A DNA stretch of 64,000 bases from Macrostomum lignano (Eukaryota): NCBI GenBank assembly GCA_002269645.1, contig NIVC01002850.1, positions 62,001 through 126,000 of the forward strand, read 5' to 3'. This document shows positions 1 through 12,500 of this stretch, one piece after another (the first letter of the stretch is position 1; the number at the start of each line of letters is the position of its first letter). The translations under genes and the position numbers were made by a program. The notes below the pieces were generated by a model. It was not told where the DNA came from. It did not search any database and saw nothing but the letters and a program-made list of their open reading frames with translations.

Positions 1-1719
1 GAAAACGAGGTAATAAAACGTAACAATATAGACTCAGAATCAGATTTGGATAAAAATCATTTGATTTTTTCATACTAAAGTCTATTTGTGTTACTACCGC
101 TAGCTTTAAATTCGTCACATTCTTTATCTAATTTATTATATATAATATAGAATAACATAATCACTTTTTACTTAACTTCAAGTCAAAGTTAATTAACAAT
201 TTGGTTTCTCTGACTTCGAGTATATTATATTAGTAGCAATCTTTTAATAAAAAAATAATTCCTCGAATTGTTCTACATTCCTAAACCTTTTGGTTCTAGC
301 ATAGTTTCATGATTTTTTTTCATAAATTTGATGTGTTAAAGTTCTCTATTTATAATGAAGCCTTTTGTTTTGCTTTGCTGTGAAACGTGTGCGATCATAA
401 TGGCATACTAACATATTTTTGTGTTTTTTCCTAGCTAGTAATTGATGTAATTTTTATTATGAATTAATCTTGACAGCTGAATAATGGCTTTAGTAATTTC
501 GTGCGCTCCTAACTAGTCTGTAATATTTGTTTGATCACAAATGTTTTTTCAGTCGTATTTACCCATTTTTATTTTCTTTCTTTTGACTCTGAGCTTGTAG
601 CTTTAAAGTATTGTAGTTTTTCTTGTGCAATTTTAATTTTAATTTTAGCATTGAGTAGTAAGTAATATTGATAGACATTTCCAACGAAAAAGTAAACTGT
701 AATCTTCAACCTAAAAACATGACTTTAGAGGTATAAAAAATCAGCCTTGAATTTTTTCCCCATTACTCCAATTTTAAATCGTCTTTTTAAAATTTGCTAG
801 CTACGACCTTTCTGACACCTGACGTGCGGATCTTCCTAAACATCTGATCTGACTTTGAGATTATTTTAGGCATCTGATCTTTGGACTCTTCCTAGACATC
901 TGACCTTGAGCATCTTTCAAGTATCTGACCTAGGGGAATCTTCCTATGAGACATCTTTTCTGTATTGCAATGGTGTTACATTTTGCCCTAAACTGTCATT
1001 CTGATGTACCGTACATGTAGGTAGTTGTCATTTTTGTAGGTCTATTGCTAGTTTTTTAAATTTCTATAGCGTTTTTGACTCTGAGATTAACTTTATGCCT
1101 TTTTAAATTAAATGCTCGAAGTTTCTATACAATTCCTGGTTGTTGAAGTTAGAGTGCCAATACCTATACTCTCTGAATTCAAATTTCGCGTACTTATATT
1201 TCTACTTCGAGTATCTGTCTAGTAGTTTCAATCTTACCATCTTCGAACCGTTTACTTTTGATAATTTGACAATTTAGTGAATAAACAATTTATTGTTATT
1301 AAGACGCATATCTTTCTTTAATATCGTTTGTTTGCGTAATCTATCGACAAACATCAGCGTGTTTTGATTTTTTTTAAAATCTAGTTTATCTAGGGATTTC
1401 AAGAATTGCTGTAAAGCCAACGCTCAAGTGAGAAGGCTAAAGGCTTAATGGGAGAATGCCGACTTGTATCTGAAAAACGAAAATTTTCGGTTTAAGTATA
1501 CATATACATAGAGCCCCAAAGGGGGTCGCGTGCTAGTCTATATGACTAAATCTTAACTGCACGTATAGTTCGTAGGTTTAGCCTAAGCGATTAGTATAAA
1601 AATAGTCACATGATCCAGTCAGTTTACGCTACCGGTATTAACCGACTGTGACTTGCTTCAGTTTTTTATCGACTCTAGCTACTTGCTGACTGTCAGAAAA
1701 ACAGAAATTTTCACGTATT

Positions 1720-1833
1720 TCAAGACTCTTTCAAGACAAGACTCAAGATCTCTTCATCAAGCGTTGGTCCTTTGGGAATGTGTTTGGCATCGGCCGAAGA
1801 TGGGATCTTAGCCTCGGTCGAAGATGCTGATGA
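1720..1833 (-). pseudogene. Diverged duplicate of a WASHC2 exon fragment
   Basis: 1751-1826 matches 6717-6792 with 6 mismatches in 76 nt. It is preceded by an AG acceptor at 1834-1835 and reads SSASSTEAKIPSSADAKHIPKGPTLDEEILSLVLKES* in the homologous frame. Confidence 0.6.
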
Positions 1834-2460
1834 CTGAATGACGTAATAAATATGACTAGTAAATCTGTTTCATGTGGCGTCAGTTTGTCTGACTGCCTTC
1901 CCGTTTCTATTGACAATGTTATCAAATCAAGAGGCAAATTGATTATAACAGTTCTTTTACTAATACTTACTAACTACTGCTACTATTACTGCCACTTCTA
2001 CTACTACCAAGGACTACTCAAGTAGAAATGCAGCAAGCAGCGTTTATTGAAAAATTTAGGGAGGCAGATTTATCCAAAAAATACATTACCGAGCTGAAGA
2101 GGTTTTCGTTTTTTAGCACGAAATGTGCTATTGCTTTTAATAGGAGGCAGACACATTGGTCATTTTTTGATGACTTGTTTTTATTATAGCTTTTATTGAT
2201 ATTTATAGAACTGTTCCTTTTGAAAAATAGGATTCTGTCAATTTTATATATAATACGTAATACGTACATGTCCTGTCTAACAATCATAAAAATGGCACAA
2301 CTTGATCCATTTGTTTTATGATTATTTTATCAAAAGCATACAAGTTACAAATTCTGTTCTGAAAAAATGAAACCTCTATCCTCCGTAATGTCTGTTTTGG
2401 TAAAACCTGCCTCCTATTTTTTCCAAGAAACGTACCTTCCGTCCTGCTTAAATAGTCCTG

Positions 2461-2594
2461 GACTACTATTACTATTACTATTACTTATAGTACTACTACT
2501 ATTGCTACTAGTACAACTATTACTACTAGTACTACTTATAATACTACTACTACTAATCCTACTACTATTACTATTATACTACTACTACTACTAA
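2461..2594. repeat. (ACT/ATT)n trinucleotide microsatellite
   Basis: Imperfect actact/attact run; it explains the poly-Leu ORF 2367-2594. Confidence 0.9.
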
Positions 2595-3597
2595 GCAATA
2601 AAACAAGGAAAACTTACAAACGGTTATAATTTCAGTTTTGGCAGAATCAATAAAACACCAACAATTACAAACAATCGTGCATGATTTTATTTTATTTGCT
2701 CAAGTGCCTCTCAAATCAGTGTGCGAATGTAACGTTGAATCAGGAAAAACGGCAATCAATTGTGAAAGACTATAATTATGGATCAATAAGGTAATTAACA
2801 AGAGTCAATTATAGCGACTGCCAACATGCAGTTGATACGGCTGGCCAAATTACTGCTGGAATACAAATGAATTATTTGAAGGTACAGAGCATGAAATAAA
2901 ATTATGGTATTTATACAGCAATTTACTTTTTAAATTTGGCGACGAGAAAAATTGAGATAGCGGTAAAAAGTTTTTTATAATCTGCATAACTAAATAACTA
3001 AATCGTAGTAAGACAGACTCTGTATAAGGCATAATTAACACAATAAAATAGACGAATATTTCACTGCATACTCAAGTCCAGTTTACCTACAACACACGCT
3101 AGTCTAAGAACTACTAGATCCACAAGTAGTAAAAAAGGCAAAATGTTATCAAAAAAGGAATTAATTATTTTACGAAAGAAAAATTATTTTACTTAGTGAA
3201 TAGTTCCGAAATTTTGGACAAACAAAAAAATAAAAAACGGATGATTATTAGTGGAGAAATTATTTTAGGGCTTTATTGACTGACGATGCGTATCAAAATT
3301 TAGTTTGCAAAGATAATCATTTCTTCTCGTTAATTAATACACTTGAAGGTTCATTGCCGATATGTATCGTAAATAATTTTATTAAGGTTAAATTTAAACA
3401 AAAAAGGATTGTATACCCTATTAATTATCGATGCGTAGCGCTATTAACTTAACAAAGGCATGAACGAATTTAATCGATTTTTAACAGACTTTCTCATTAC
3501 AATTGAAATTTAGGTGCACTACTAATAGTAGAAACACAAAACAACAAGCCATGTTATCAAATACAGGCTTAAGAAAAATGTCCCTATTATACTACTT

Positions 3598-6500
3598 CTA
3601 CTTCAACGCTCCCAATGGATCGTCAAAAATATTGTCAGTATCGGTCTGGCCCGCCGTCTTTTTCTTGGCTTTCTTTTTTCCATCGGCGGACTTTTTAGAG
3701 GCCGGCTGGCCAGCGGCAGTAGCAGCTGCTCCAGCCGAAGTATTGGCACCGAAAATATCGTCTGAAATAGTGAGAACGGATGCTTTAGTGATCAATTGAA
3801 TGACAGATTGCAGCTTTAAATAGTGGATCAAATTGAAGGTTTAAACAGTGTCAGATTGCAGGTTCAAATGGTGTCAGATTGCAGGTTCAATAGTGTCAGA
3901 TTGCAGGTTCAATAGTGTCAGATTGCAGCTTTAAATAGTGGATCAAATTGAAGGTTTAAACAGTGTCAGATTGCAGGTTCAATAGTGTCAGATTGCAGGT
4001 TCAATAGTGTCAGATTGCAGGTTCAATAGTGTCAGATTGCAGGTTTAAATAGTGTCAGATTGCAGGTTCAATAGTGTCAGATTGCAGGTTCAAATGGTGT
4101 CAGATTGCAGGTTCAATAGTGTCAGATTGCAGGTTCAAATGGTGTCAGATTGCAGGTTCAATAGTGTCAGATTGCAGGTTCAATAGTGTCAGATTGCAGG
4201 TTCAAATGGTGTCAGATTGCAGGTTCAAATAGTGTCAGATTGCAGGTTTAAATAGTGTCAGATTGCAGGTTTAAATAGTGTCAGATTGCAGTTTCAAATA
4301 GTGTCAGATTGCAGGTTCAATAGTGTCAGATTGCAGGTTCAATAGTGTCAGATTGCAGGTTCAATAGTGTCAGATTGCAGGTTTAAATAGTGTCAGATTG
4401 CAGGTTCAATAGTGTCAGATTGCAGGTTTAAATAGTGTCAGATTGCAGGTTCAATAGTGTCAGATTGCAGGTTCAATAGTGTCAGATTGCAGGTTCAAAT
4501 GGTGTCAGATTGCAGGTTCAAATGGTGTCAGATTGCAGGTTCAAATAGTGTCAGATTGCAGGTTCAAATGGTGTCAGATTGCAGGTTCAAATGGTGTCAG
4601 ATTGCAGGTTCAAATGGTGTCAGATTGCAGGTTCAAATAGTGTCAGATTGCAGGTTCAAATAGTGTCAGATTGCAGGTTCAATAGTGTCAGATTGCAGGT
4701 TCAATAGTGTCAGATTGCAGGTTCAAATGGTGTCAGATTGCAGGTTCAAATGGTGTCAGATTGCAGGTTCAATAGTGTCAGATTGCAGGTTCAAATGGTG
4801 TCAGATTGCAGGTTCAAATGGTGTCAGATTGCAGGTTCAAATGGTGTCAGATTGCAGGTTCAAATAGTGTCAGATTGCAGGTTCAATAGTGTCAGATTTC
4901 AGGTTCAATAGTGTCAGATTGCAGGTTTAAATAGTGTCAGATTGCAGGTTTAAATAGTGTCAGATTGCAGTTTCAAACAGTGTCAGATTGCAGGTTCAAT
5001 AGTGTCAGATTGCAGGTTCAATAGTGTCAGATTGCAGGTTCAATAGTGTCAGATTGCAGCTTTAAATAGTGTCAGATTGCAGGTTCAATAGTGTCAGATT
5101 GAAGGTTCAAATAGTGTCAGATTGCAGGTTCAATAGTGTCAGATTGCAGGTTCAAATGGTGTCAGATTGCAGGTTCAAATGGTGTCAGATTGCAGGTTCA
5201 ATAGTGTCAGATTGCAGGTTCAAATAGTGTCAGATTGCAGGTTCAATAGTGTCAGATTGAAGGTTTAAATAGTGTCAGATTGCAGGTTTAAATAGTGTCA
5301 GATTGCAGTTTCAAATAGTGTCAGATTGCAGGTTTAAATAGTGTCAGATTGCAGTTTCAAATAGTGTCAGATTGCAGGTTCAATAGTGTCAGATTGCAGG
5401 TTCAATAGTGTCAGATTGCAGGTTCAATAGTGTCAGATTGCAGGTTTAAATAGTGTCAGATTGCAGGTTCAATAGTGTCAGATTGCAGGTTCAATAGTGT
5501 CAGATTGCAGATTTAAATGGTGTCAGATTGCAGGTTCAATAGTGTCAGATTGCAGGTTCAATAGTGTCAGATTGCAGCTTTAAATAGTGTCAGATTGCAG
5601 GTTCAATAGTGTCAGATTGCAGGTTTAAATAGTGTCAGATTGCAGGTTCAATAGTGTCAGATTGCAGAATAGTGTCAGATTGCAGGTTCAATAGTGTCAG
5701 ATTGCAGGTTCAATAGTGTCAGATTGCAGGTTTAAATAGTGTCAGATTGCAGGTTCAAATGGTGTCAGATTGCAGGTTCAATAGTGTCAGATTGCAGGTT
5801 CAATAGTGTCAGATTGCAAGTTCAAATGGTGTCAGATTGAAGGTTCAATAGTGTCAGATTGCAGATTCAAATAGTGTCAGATTGAAGGTTCAAATAGTGT
5901 CAGATTGAAGGTTCAAATCGTGTCAGATTGCAAGTTCAAATGGTGTCAGATTGCAGATTCAAATAGTGTCAGATTGAAGGTTAAAATCGTGTCAGATTGC
6001 AAGTTCAAATGGTGTCAGATTGCAGGTTCAAATAGTGTCAGATTGCAGGTTCAAATGGTGTCAGATTGCAGGTTCAAATAGTGTCAGATTGCAGGTTCAA
6101 ATAGTGTCAGATTGTTACTTTAGAATGTCCGAATTTTAGCTTGAACATGTTATATCGTGAGATAAAAAGCATAAAATTCTTGAATTAATAGTGTCAGACT
6201 GCGTAGAACAAGTGCTAGAATAAAGTAGTGTGTCAGATCACGGAACTAATAAATCGTCAGATCTGGATGCAAAACATTGTCAGCTCCTTCTGAAGGCACT
6301 CACCCAAGTCCTGATTAGTGACAGCCTTAGACGGCTTAGCAGTGGAAGACTTATTATTATTGTTGTTGTTGCTTTTACTACTAGCAGCAACACCGGCTTT
6401 CTGACGCTTATTGCCCTTATTGGTAATCTTGGCTACATCAGCCGTGGCAAAAATATCGTCCAATTGGTCGCTAACAGAAGGTGCAGGGCCAGCAGCCTTC

Positions 6501-9500
6501 GAAGAACCGGCTGCAGTTGCCGAGGATTTCACCATTGGCGACTGGCCGCTGCCAAATAAGTCCCCTTCGTCATCCGAGGCGAATGGATCTTTCTTAGAAA
6601 CCGACGGCAGCGATTTTTGCTGCTCGGGCTGTCGGCTGCTTTTATTGTTGCTGACGCCGTCAAGGCTGGGATTCTTTTGGGAGGATTTCAAATCGGAAAA
6701 CAGGTCGTCGTCGTTCTCTTCTTCAAGCGTTGGTCGTTTTGGAATGTGTTTGGCTTCGGTCGAAGATGGGATCTTAGCCTCAGTCGAAGATGGGATCTTA
6801 GCCTCAGTCGAAGATGGGATCTTAGCCTCAGTCGAAGATGGGATCTTAGCCTCAGTCGAAGATGGGATCTTAGCCACAGTCGAAGGTGGGATCTTAGCCT
6901 CAGTCGAAGGTGGGATCTTAGGCTTAGCCGCCAGCCTACCGGGAGCAAAGATGTCCTCATCGTCCTGATCGCTATCCCAGCTATCTCTGCGAAGCAATCC
7001 CGTAGATGGAGCCGACGGCAGAGACTGGACGGTAGGAGCAGGTCGGTTAGCAACCGATTTGTCTCCGACATCAACTGGAGCCATGAATTCTTTAACAACG
7101 GCATCGTCGTTGGTTTGAGTAGAAATTTTTGCTGAAGCAGCAGCAGAAGAGGCTGCAGCAGTTGATGAAGCACCGCGTCGGGAAGGCAAGCGTCGACCAG
7201 GCATGCGAGCGCGATTCTGAAGTCAATGGTAAAAAAAAATTTTAACCGACCAGGTGAAGCATTGATCGGTAATCAAACAAACCAATAGCGTATACAAAAC
7301 TTTATTTTACCTTGGTAACTGAAACCAAAAGACCTCCAGTGGATGCTTCGTTTTGACTTTTCTCCGCAGCGGTAACTGTTGAAGGTTAAGGAAAAAGCAG
7401 ATTAAAATGAGTAAAAGTCGGTTATCATATACGAGTACGCCTCCCAAGCTAAAAACAAGCCTAAAAACACTCATCCAGATCGGCCAAAAACACGCACCCA
7501 CTCCGCCAATAAAACACCCACCACCCCACTCTGCCAATAAAACACCCACCACCCCACTCCGCCAATAAAACACCCACCACCCCACTCCGCCAATAAAACA
7601 CCCACCACCCCACTCCGCCAATAAAACACCCACCACCCCACTCCGCCAATAAAACACCCACCACCCCACTCCGCCAATTAAACAATCACCACCCCACTTC
7701 GCCAATAAAACAATCACCACCCCACTCCGCCAATAAACCACCCGCCACCTAACTCCGCCAATGAAACAATCACCACCCCACTCCACCAATAAACCAGCAG
7801 CCACCTAACTCCGCCAATAAAACACCCACCACCTAACCCCGCAACCCCGCCAATAAAGAACCACCACCCCACTCCGCCAATAAAACACCCAACACTCCAG
7901 TCCGCTAATAAAACACCCACCACCCCAGTCCGCCAATAAAACACCCAACACTCCAGTCCGCTAATAAAACACCCATCACCCTAGATTGCCAATAAAACAA
8001 CCACCACCCCACTCCGCCATAAAAGACCCGCCACACCCAATTTGTAAAAAAAACACTCACCAACCACAATAAAACACCCACAATCCTGTCGCCAATAAAA
8101 CACCCACCATCCCACTTCGCCAATAAAACACCCAAGTCACTATGACTTCCAAACGTAATTGAACAACGTATAAGCGATTCCGAGACCAACCTGATTCCAC
8201 ACTAGCTTCTCCGTCGTCTTCTTTGCTATCAACAGCCGCCGCGACGGGGGCAGCGGAAGAAGCAGCGGCAACGCCACCAGAAGCGGCTTTGGAGCGCAAA
8301 AGTGCAGCCGGTGGCATCGCGCCGCCAAACATGCTGACACCGCCCACCGGGGGTCGACGCCCACCAGCAGCAGCTTTTGAAATTGCGGCGGCAGCTGCGG
8401 CAGCACCGGCTGAAGTAGCGGAAGCTTTCGGCAGCGTCGGTTCCGGTTCCGGCTCCGGTGAAGAAGCCGGCGCGGGTTCTGACGCGGGTGCTGGCACGGG
8501 TGCTAGCGTGGGTGCTGGCGCAGGTACTGGCGCGGGTGCTGGCGCAGGTACTGGCGCGGGTGCTGGTGCAGGTACTGGCGCGGGTGCTGGCGCGTGTTTT
8601 TTAATAGCAGAAAACAGGTCACTATCGGTGCCATCGGAAGAATCAGAATCCGACGCAAAAGGTTGTCGTTTAATCGACGCAGGAGGCGCCGCCGTCGACG
8701 CCGCCGCCGTCACCGTTGTACTTGGCATCGGAGCGGCGGCAGTGGCAGTCTTGCTGCCACTAGGAGCAGCGCTCTTCGTTTTAGCCGCGGCAAATAGATC
8801 GCCATCGGAGTCATCCGAGTCGGAATCGAATAGATGCTTCGCTGGTGCTGATGGCTTTGCATTGGGTGCAGGGGCTGCTGCGGCGGCCTTGGCGGCGCCG
8901 CTTGGAGTGTCGGAAGTTTTCTTCTGTTCCGTTTGCTCCTGCTGCTGTTGCTGCTTTTTCGACGTATCGGCGCCGAAATCGGAGAAATTGTCGCTATCGG
9001 ATTCTGAACTGCTGACGGCTGTTGAATTGCAAATAAGTGGTTGGTTTTACGGTTCAATACCGACTTCGGTTAACTTTATTTAAAACTGTCATTCATTGCT
9101 TGGTAATCAAATTTCTGCTAACTTGTCAAAACAGCCACTCCTTAACAAGACCTAAAAAACACTTCAAATTAGGGTGTCATAAATCATAACTATGTTTTGC
9201 CATAAATCATAACTAGGGTTATCAAATCATTACTAGAGTGTCATAAACTGTAAATAAGGTGTCATAAATCATACTAGGATTGCATAAATCATAGCTAAGG
9301 TCTCACAAATCATAAGTAGGATGCCAAAAATCATAACTAGGGTGTCATAAATCATAAATAAGGTTGTCATAAATCATAACTAGGGTGTAATAAATCAAAA
9401 CTAGGGTGTAATAAATCAAAACTAGGGTGTCATAAATCATAAGTAAGGTTGTCATAAATCATAACTAGAGTTTCCATAAATTATAACTAGGGTTGTCATA

Positions 9501-12500
9501 AATCATAATTAAAGTGTTATAAACCTTCAATAAGGTGTCTTAATTCATCTAGGGTGTCATAAATCATATTAGGATAGCATAAATCATAGCCAGGGTCTCA
9601 AAAAATCATAACTACACTGTAGGGTGCAAAAAAGCATAACTAGGATGTCATAAATTATAACTAGGGTCTCATAAACCAGATTACCTCTTTGCTGTCTAAT
9701 TCGCTGCACAGCCGCAGGATCAACGGCACCGCCAAAAACGCTGACTCCACCAAATGGCCTGTTGCTAGGCGGCTGTTGAGCAGAAGCCTGAGCAGCAGGA
9801 GCAGCAGCAGTATCTTCCGATTCCGTACTGCTAACAAACTTTTTCTTATCAGCTTCGGAAGATTTTCGAACCGGCGCAAACAGGCCGCCGGCGCCGCCGA
9901 CGTCAGAGTCGTCGCTGCTGCCGAAGCCGCCACCGGCGCCAAAAAGACTGGTTGCCTTAGGCGCCGCTGTTGAGCTAGAGGCGGCAGCGGCAGAGGCGGC
10001 TGCCTCTGACGGCCGACTGTCGGGCTCGTCAACGAGAAGACTGCGGCCTCGCTCCTGCTTTGCGTCGGGCTGCAATTCGGGCAACGTGACATGTTGAAAG
10101 ACATGAAGGGCTGGGTTGAACACTGAATTAGCTCCGACACTTCATATCTCCGACACTTCATATCTCCGACAATTCATATCTCCGACACTTCATATCTCCG
10201 ACACTTCATATCTCCAACACTTCATATCTCCGACACTTCACACCGCCGACACTTGATATTTCCGTTAGAGTATAAAGTGTCGGAGATATTAACCCCCCCC
10301 CCCCTGAACAACACATCCTGGAGTGTAAATAACGCACCAATTTAGGCTTAACGGCAAACAAATCGTCATCGTCATCGTCATCATCGCTATCAAAGAGGCC
10401 CTTCTTCTGTGGCTGACTTCTAGTTGCTATTGCTGCTGCTGCTGTTGCAGACGCCGCAGCGGCTGGTGGGTTTCTAGCCGCTTCCGGCTTCGCTGATTCG
10501 CTGTTGCTGCCTGGAAAAACGAAAATGAATATTTAGAAAAATAAATTTAAAAAGCGAATCACACCTGCAGTATACTACTGAAAGCGACCAAGATTATTTT
10601 TGTATAATTAAAGAGAAAAAGGCTGAATCAAATTTAATTAGCGTGCAATCGCATTTTTCTCACTATTAGTCGACCGCTCTTTGATCTTTGCCGCCGTAGT
10701 CGCGGCCGGAGGCGCCTTTGATCTTGCCGCCGCACCCGAAGCCGCAGTTTTACTAGCGGCCGAGGTAATTTTAAACAAATCATCGCCCTCATCTGAAGAG
10801 TCCGAGTCTGCGATTAAAAAAATTCAAAAAATCACTGAACCGCGAGCCATGCAAATTAGCTTATACAAATTTTATGAAATTGGATAAAAAGTTTACGATT
10901 GAAAATCATGACAGCTACTAGCAGTAGTAGACTTTTGATTTTTACGCAATTTACTCATTTTTTAAAAAATCGTGACAAATCATAACAAAAATGCGTAAAT
11001 TATGATTTCTTACCATCTAGCAAAACTTATAAAATCTTACCCACACACCCAAAATCTCACCTTAAGTGAATAAAGACACCCAAAATCTCACCTTAAGTGA
11101 ACAAGGACACCCAAAATCTCACCCTAAAGTGGACAAGGACACCCAAAATTTTACCCTAAAGTGGAAAAGGACACCCAAAATCACACCCTAAAGTGAACAA
11201 GGACACCCAAAATCACACCCTAAAGTGGACAAGGACACCCAAAATCACACCCTAAAGTGGACAAGGACACCCAAAATCACACCGTAAAGTGGACAAGGAT
11301 ACCCAAAATCACACCCTAAAGTGGACAAGGACACCCAAAATCACACCCTAAAGTGGACAAGGACACCCAAAATCACACCCTAAAGTGGACAAGGACACCC
11401 AAAATCTCACCCTAAAGTGGACAAGGACACCCAAAATCACACCCTAAAGTGGACAAGGACACCCAAAATCTCACCTAAAGTGGACAAGGACACCCAAAAT
11501 CACACCCTAAAGTGGACAAGGACACCCAAAATCACACCCTAAAGTGGACAAGGACACCCAAAATCACACCCTAAAGTGGACAAGGACACCCAAAATCTCA
11601 CCCTAAAGTGGACAAGGACACCCAAAATCACACCCTAAAGTGGACAAGGACACCCAAAATCTCACCTAAAGTGGACAAGGACACCCAAAATCACACCCTA
11701 AAGTGGACAAGGACACCCAAAATCACACCGTAAAGTGGACAAGGACACCCAAAATCTCACCTAAAGTGGACAAGGACACCCAAAATCACACCCTAAAGTG
11801 GACAAGGACACCCAAAATCACACCGTAAAGTGGACAAGGACACCCAAAATCACACCCTAAAGTGGACAAGGACACCCAAAATCTCACCTAAAGTGGACAA
11901 GGACACCCAAAATCTCACCTAAAGTGGACAAGGACACCCAAAATCTCACCCTAAAGTGGACAAGGACACCCAAAATCTCACCCTAAAATGGACAGACCCC
12001 AGAAATCTATAAAACTGCCATAAAAATCTGCCATATATCGGTGCACAAGCCATAATAATTACCAAACAATCTAGCTGGTTTCAAGCCGCCTCGGCTGTTA
12101 TTAGCGGTGCTGGCATTGCTAGGACTTCTGCTGCTTGACTCTGTCGTCATACGAGCCGCAGCCGATGCTGAAGCACCATCTGGCACCAATCTCTGACTAT
12201 TAGAAACTGGCACCACTGCAAATTAATGATTTCAGTTAGCTGTTTACTCTCGTAGTTAATGATTGAATCAATTAGAAGAAAATCAATGACTGCAATCGAA
12301 TTATTTAGCGTCGCGCAATAAAATCAACGTTGAGACAAAAAAAAAACTGGTTTAACGCACCTGGCTTAGCCACAGCTTTCTGTTGCGTTGCAGACTACAA
12401 CAGTAAGGTAATTAAGCTTGGCAATTAAGTTAAATAAATTAAATCGCTCTCAAAACCAGCCACTGACACCAACCTCTGCAATCTCTTACCCTCAACCCCC

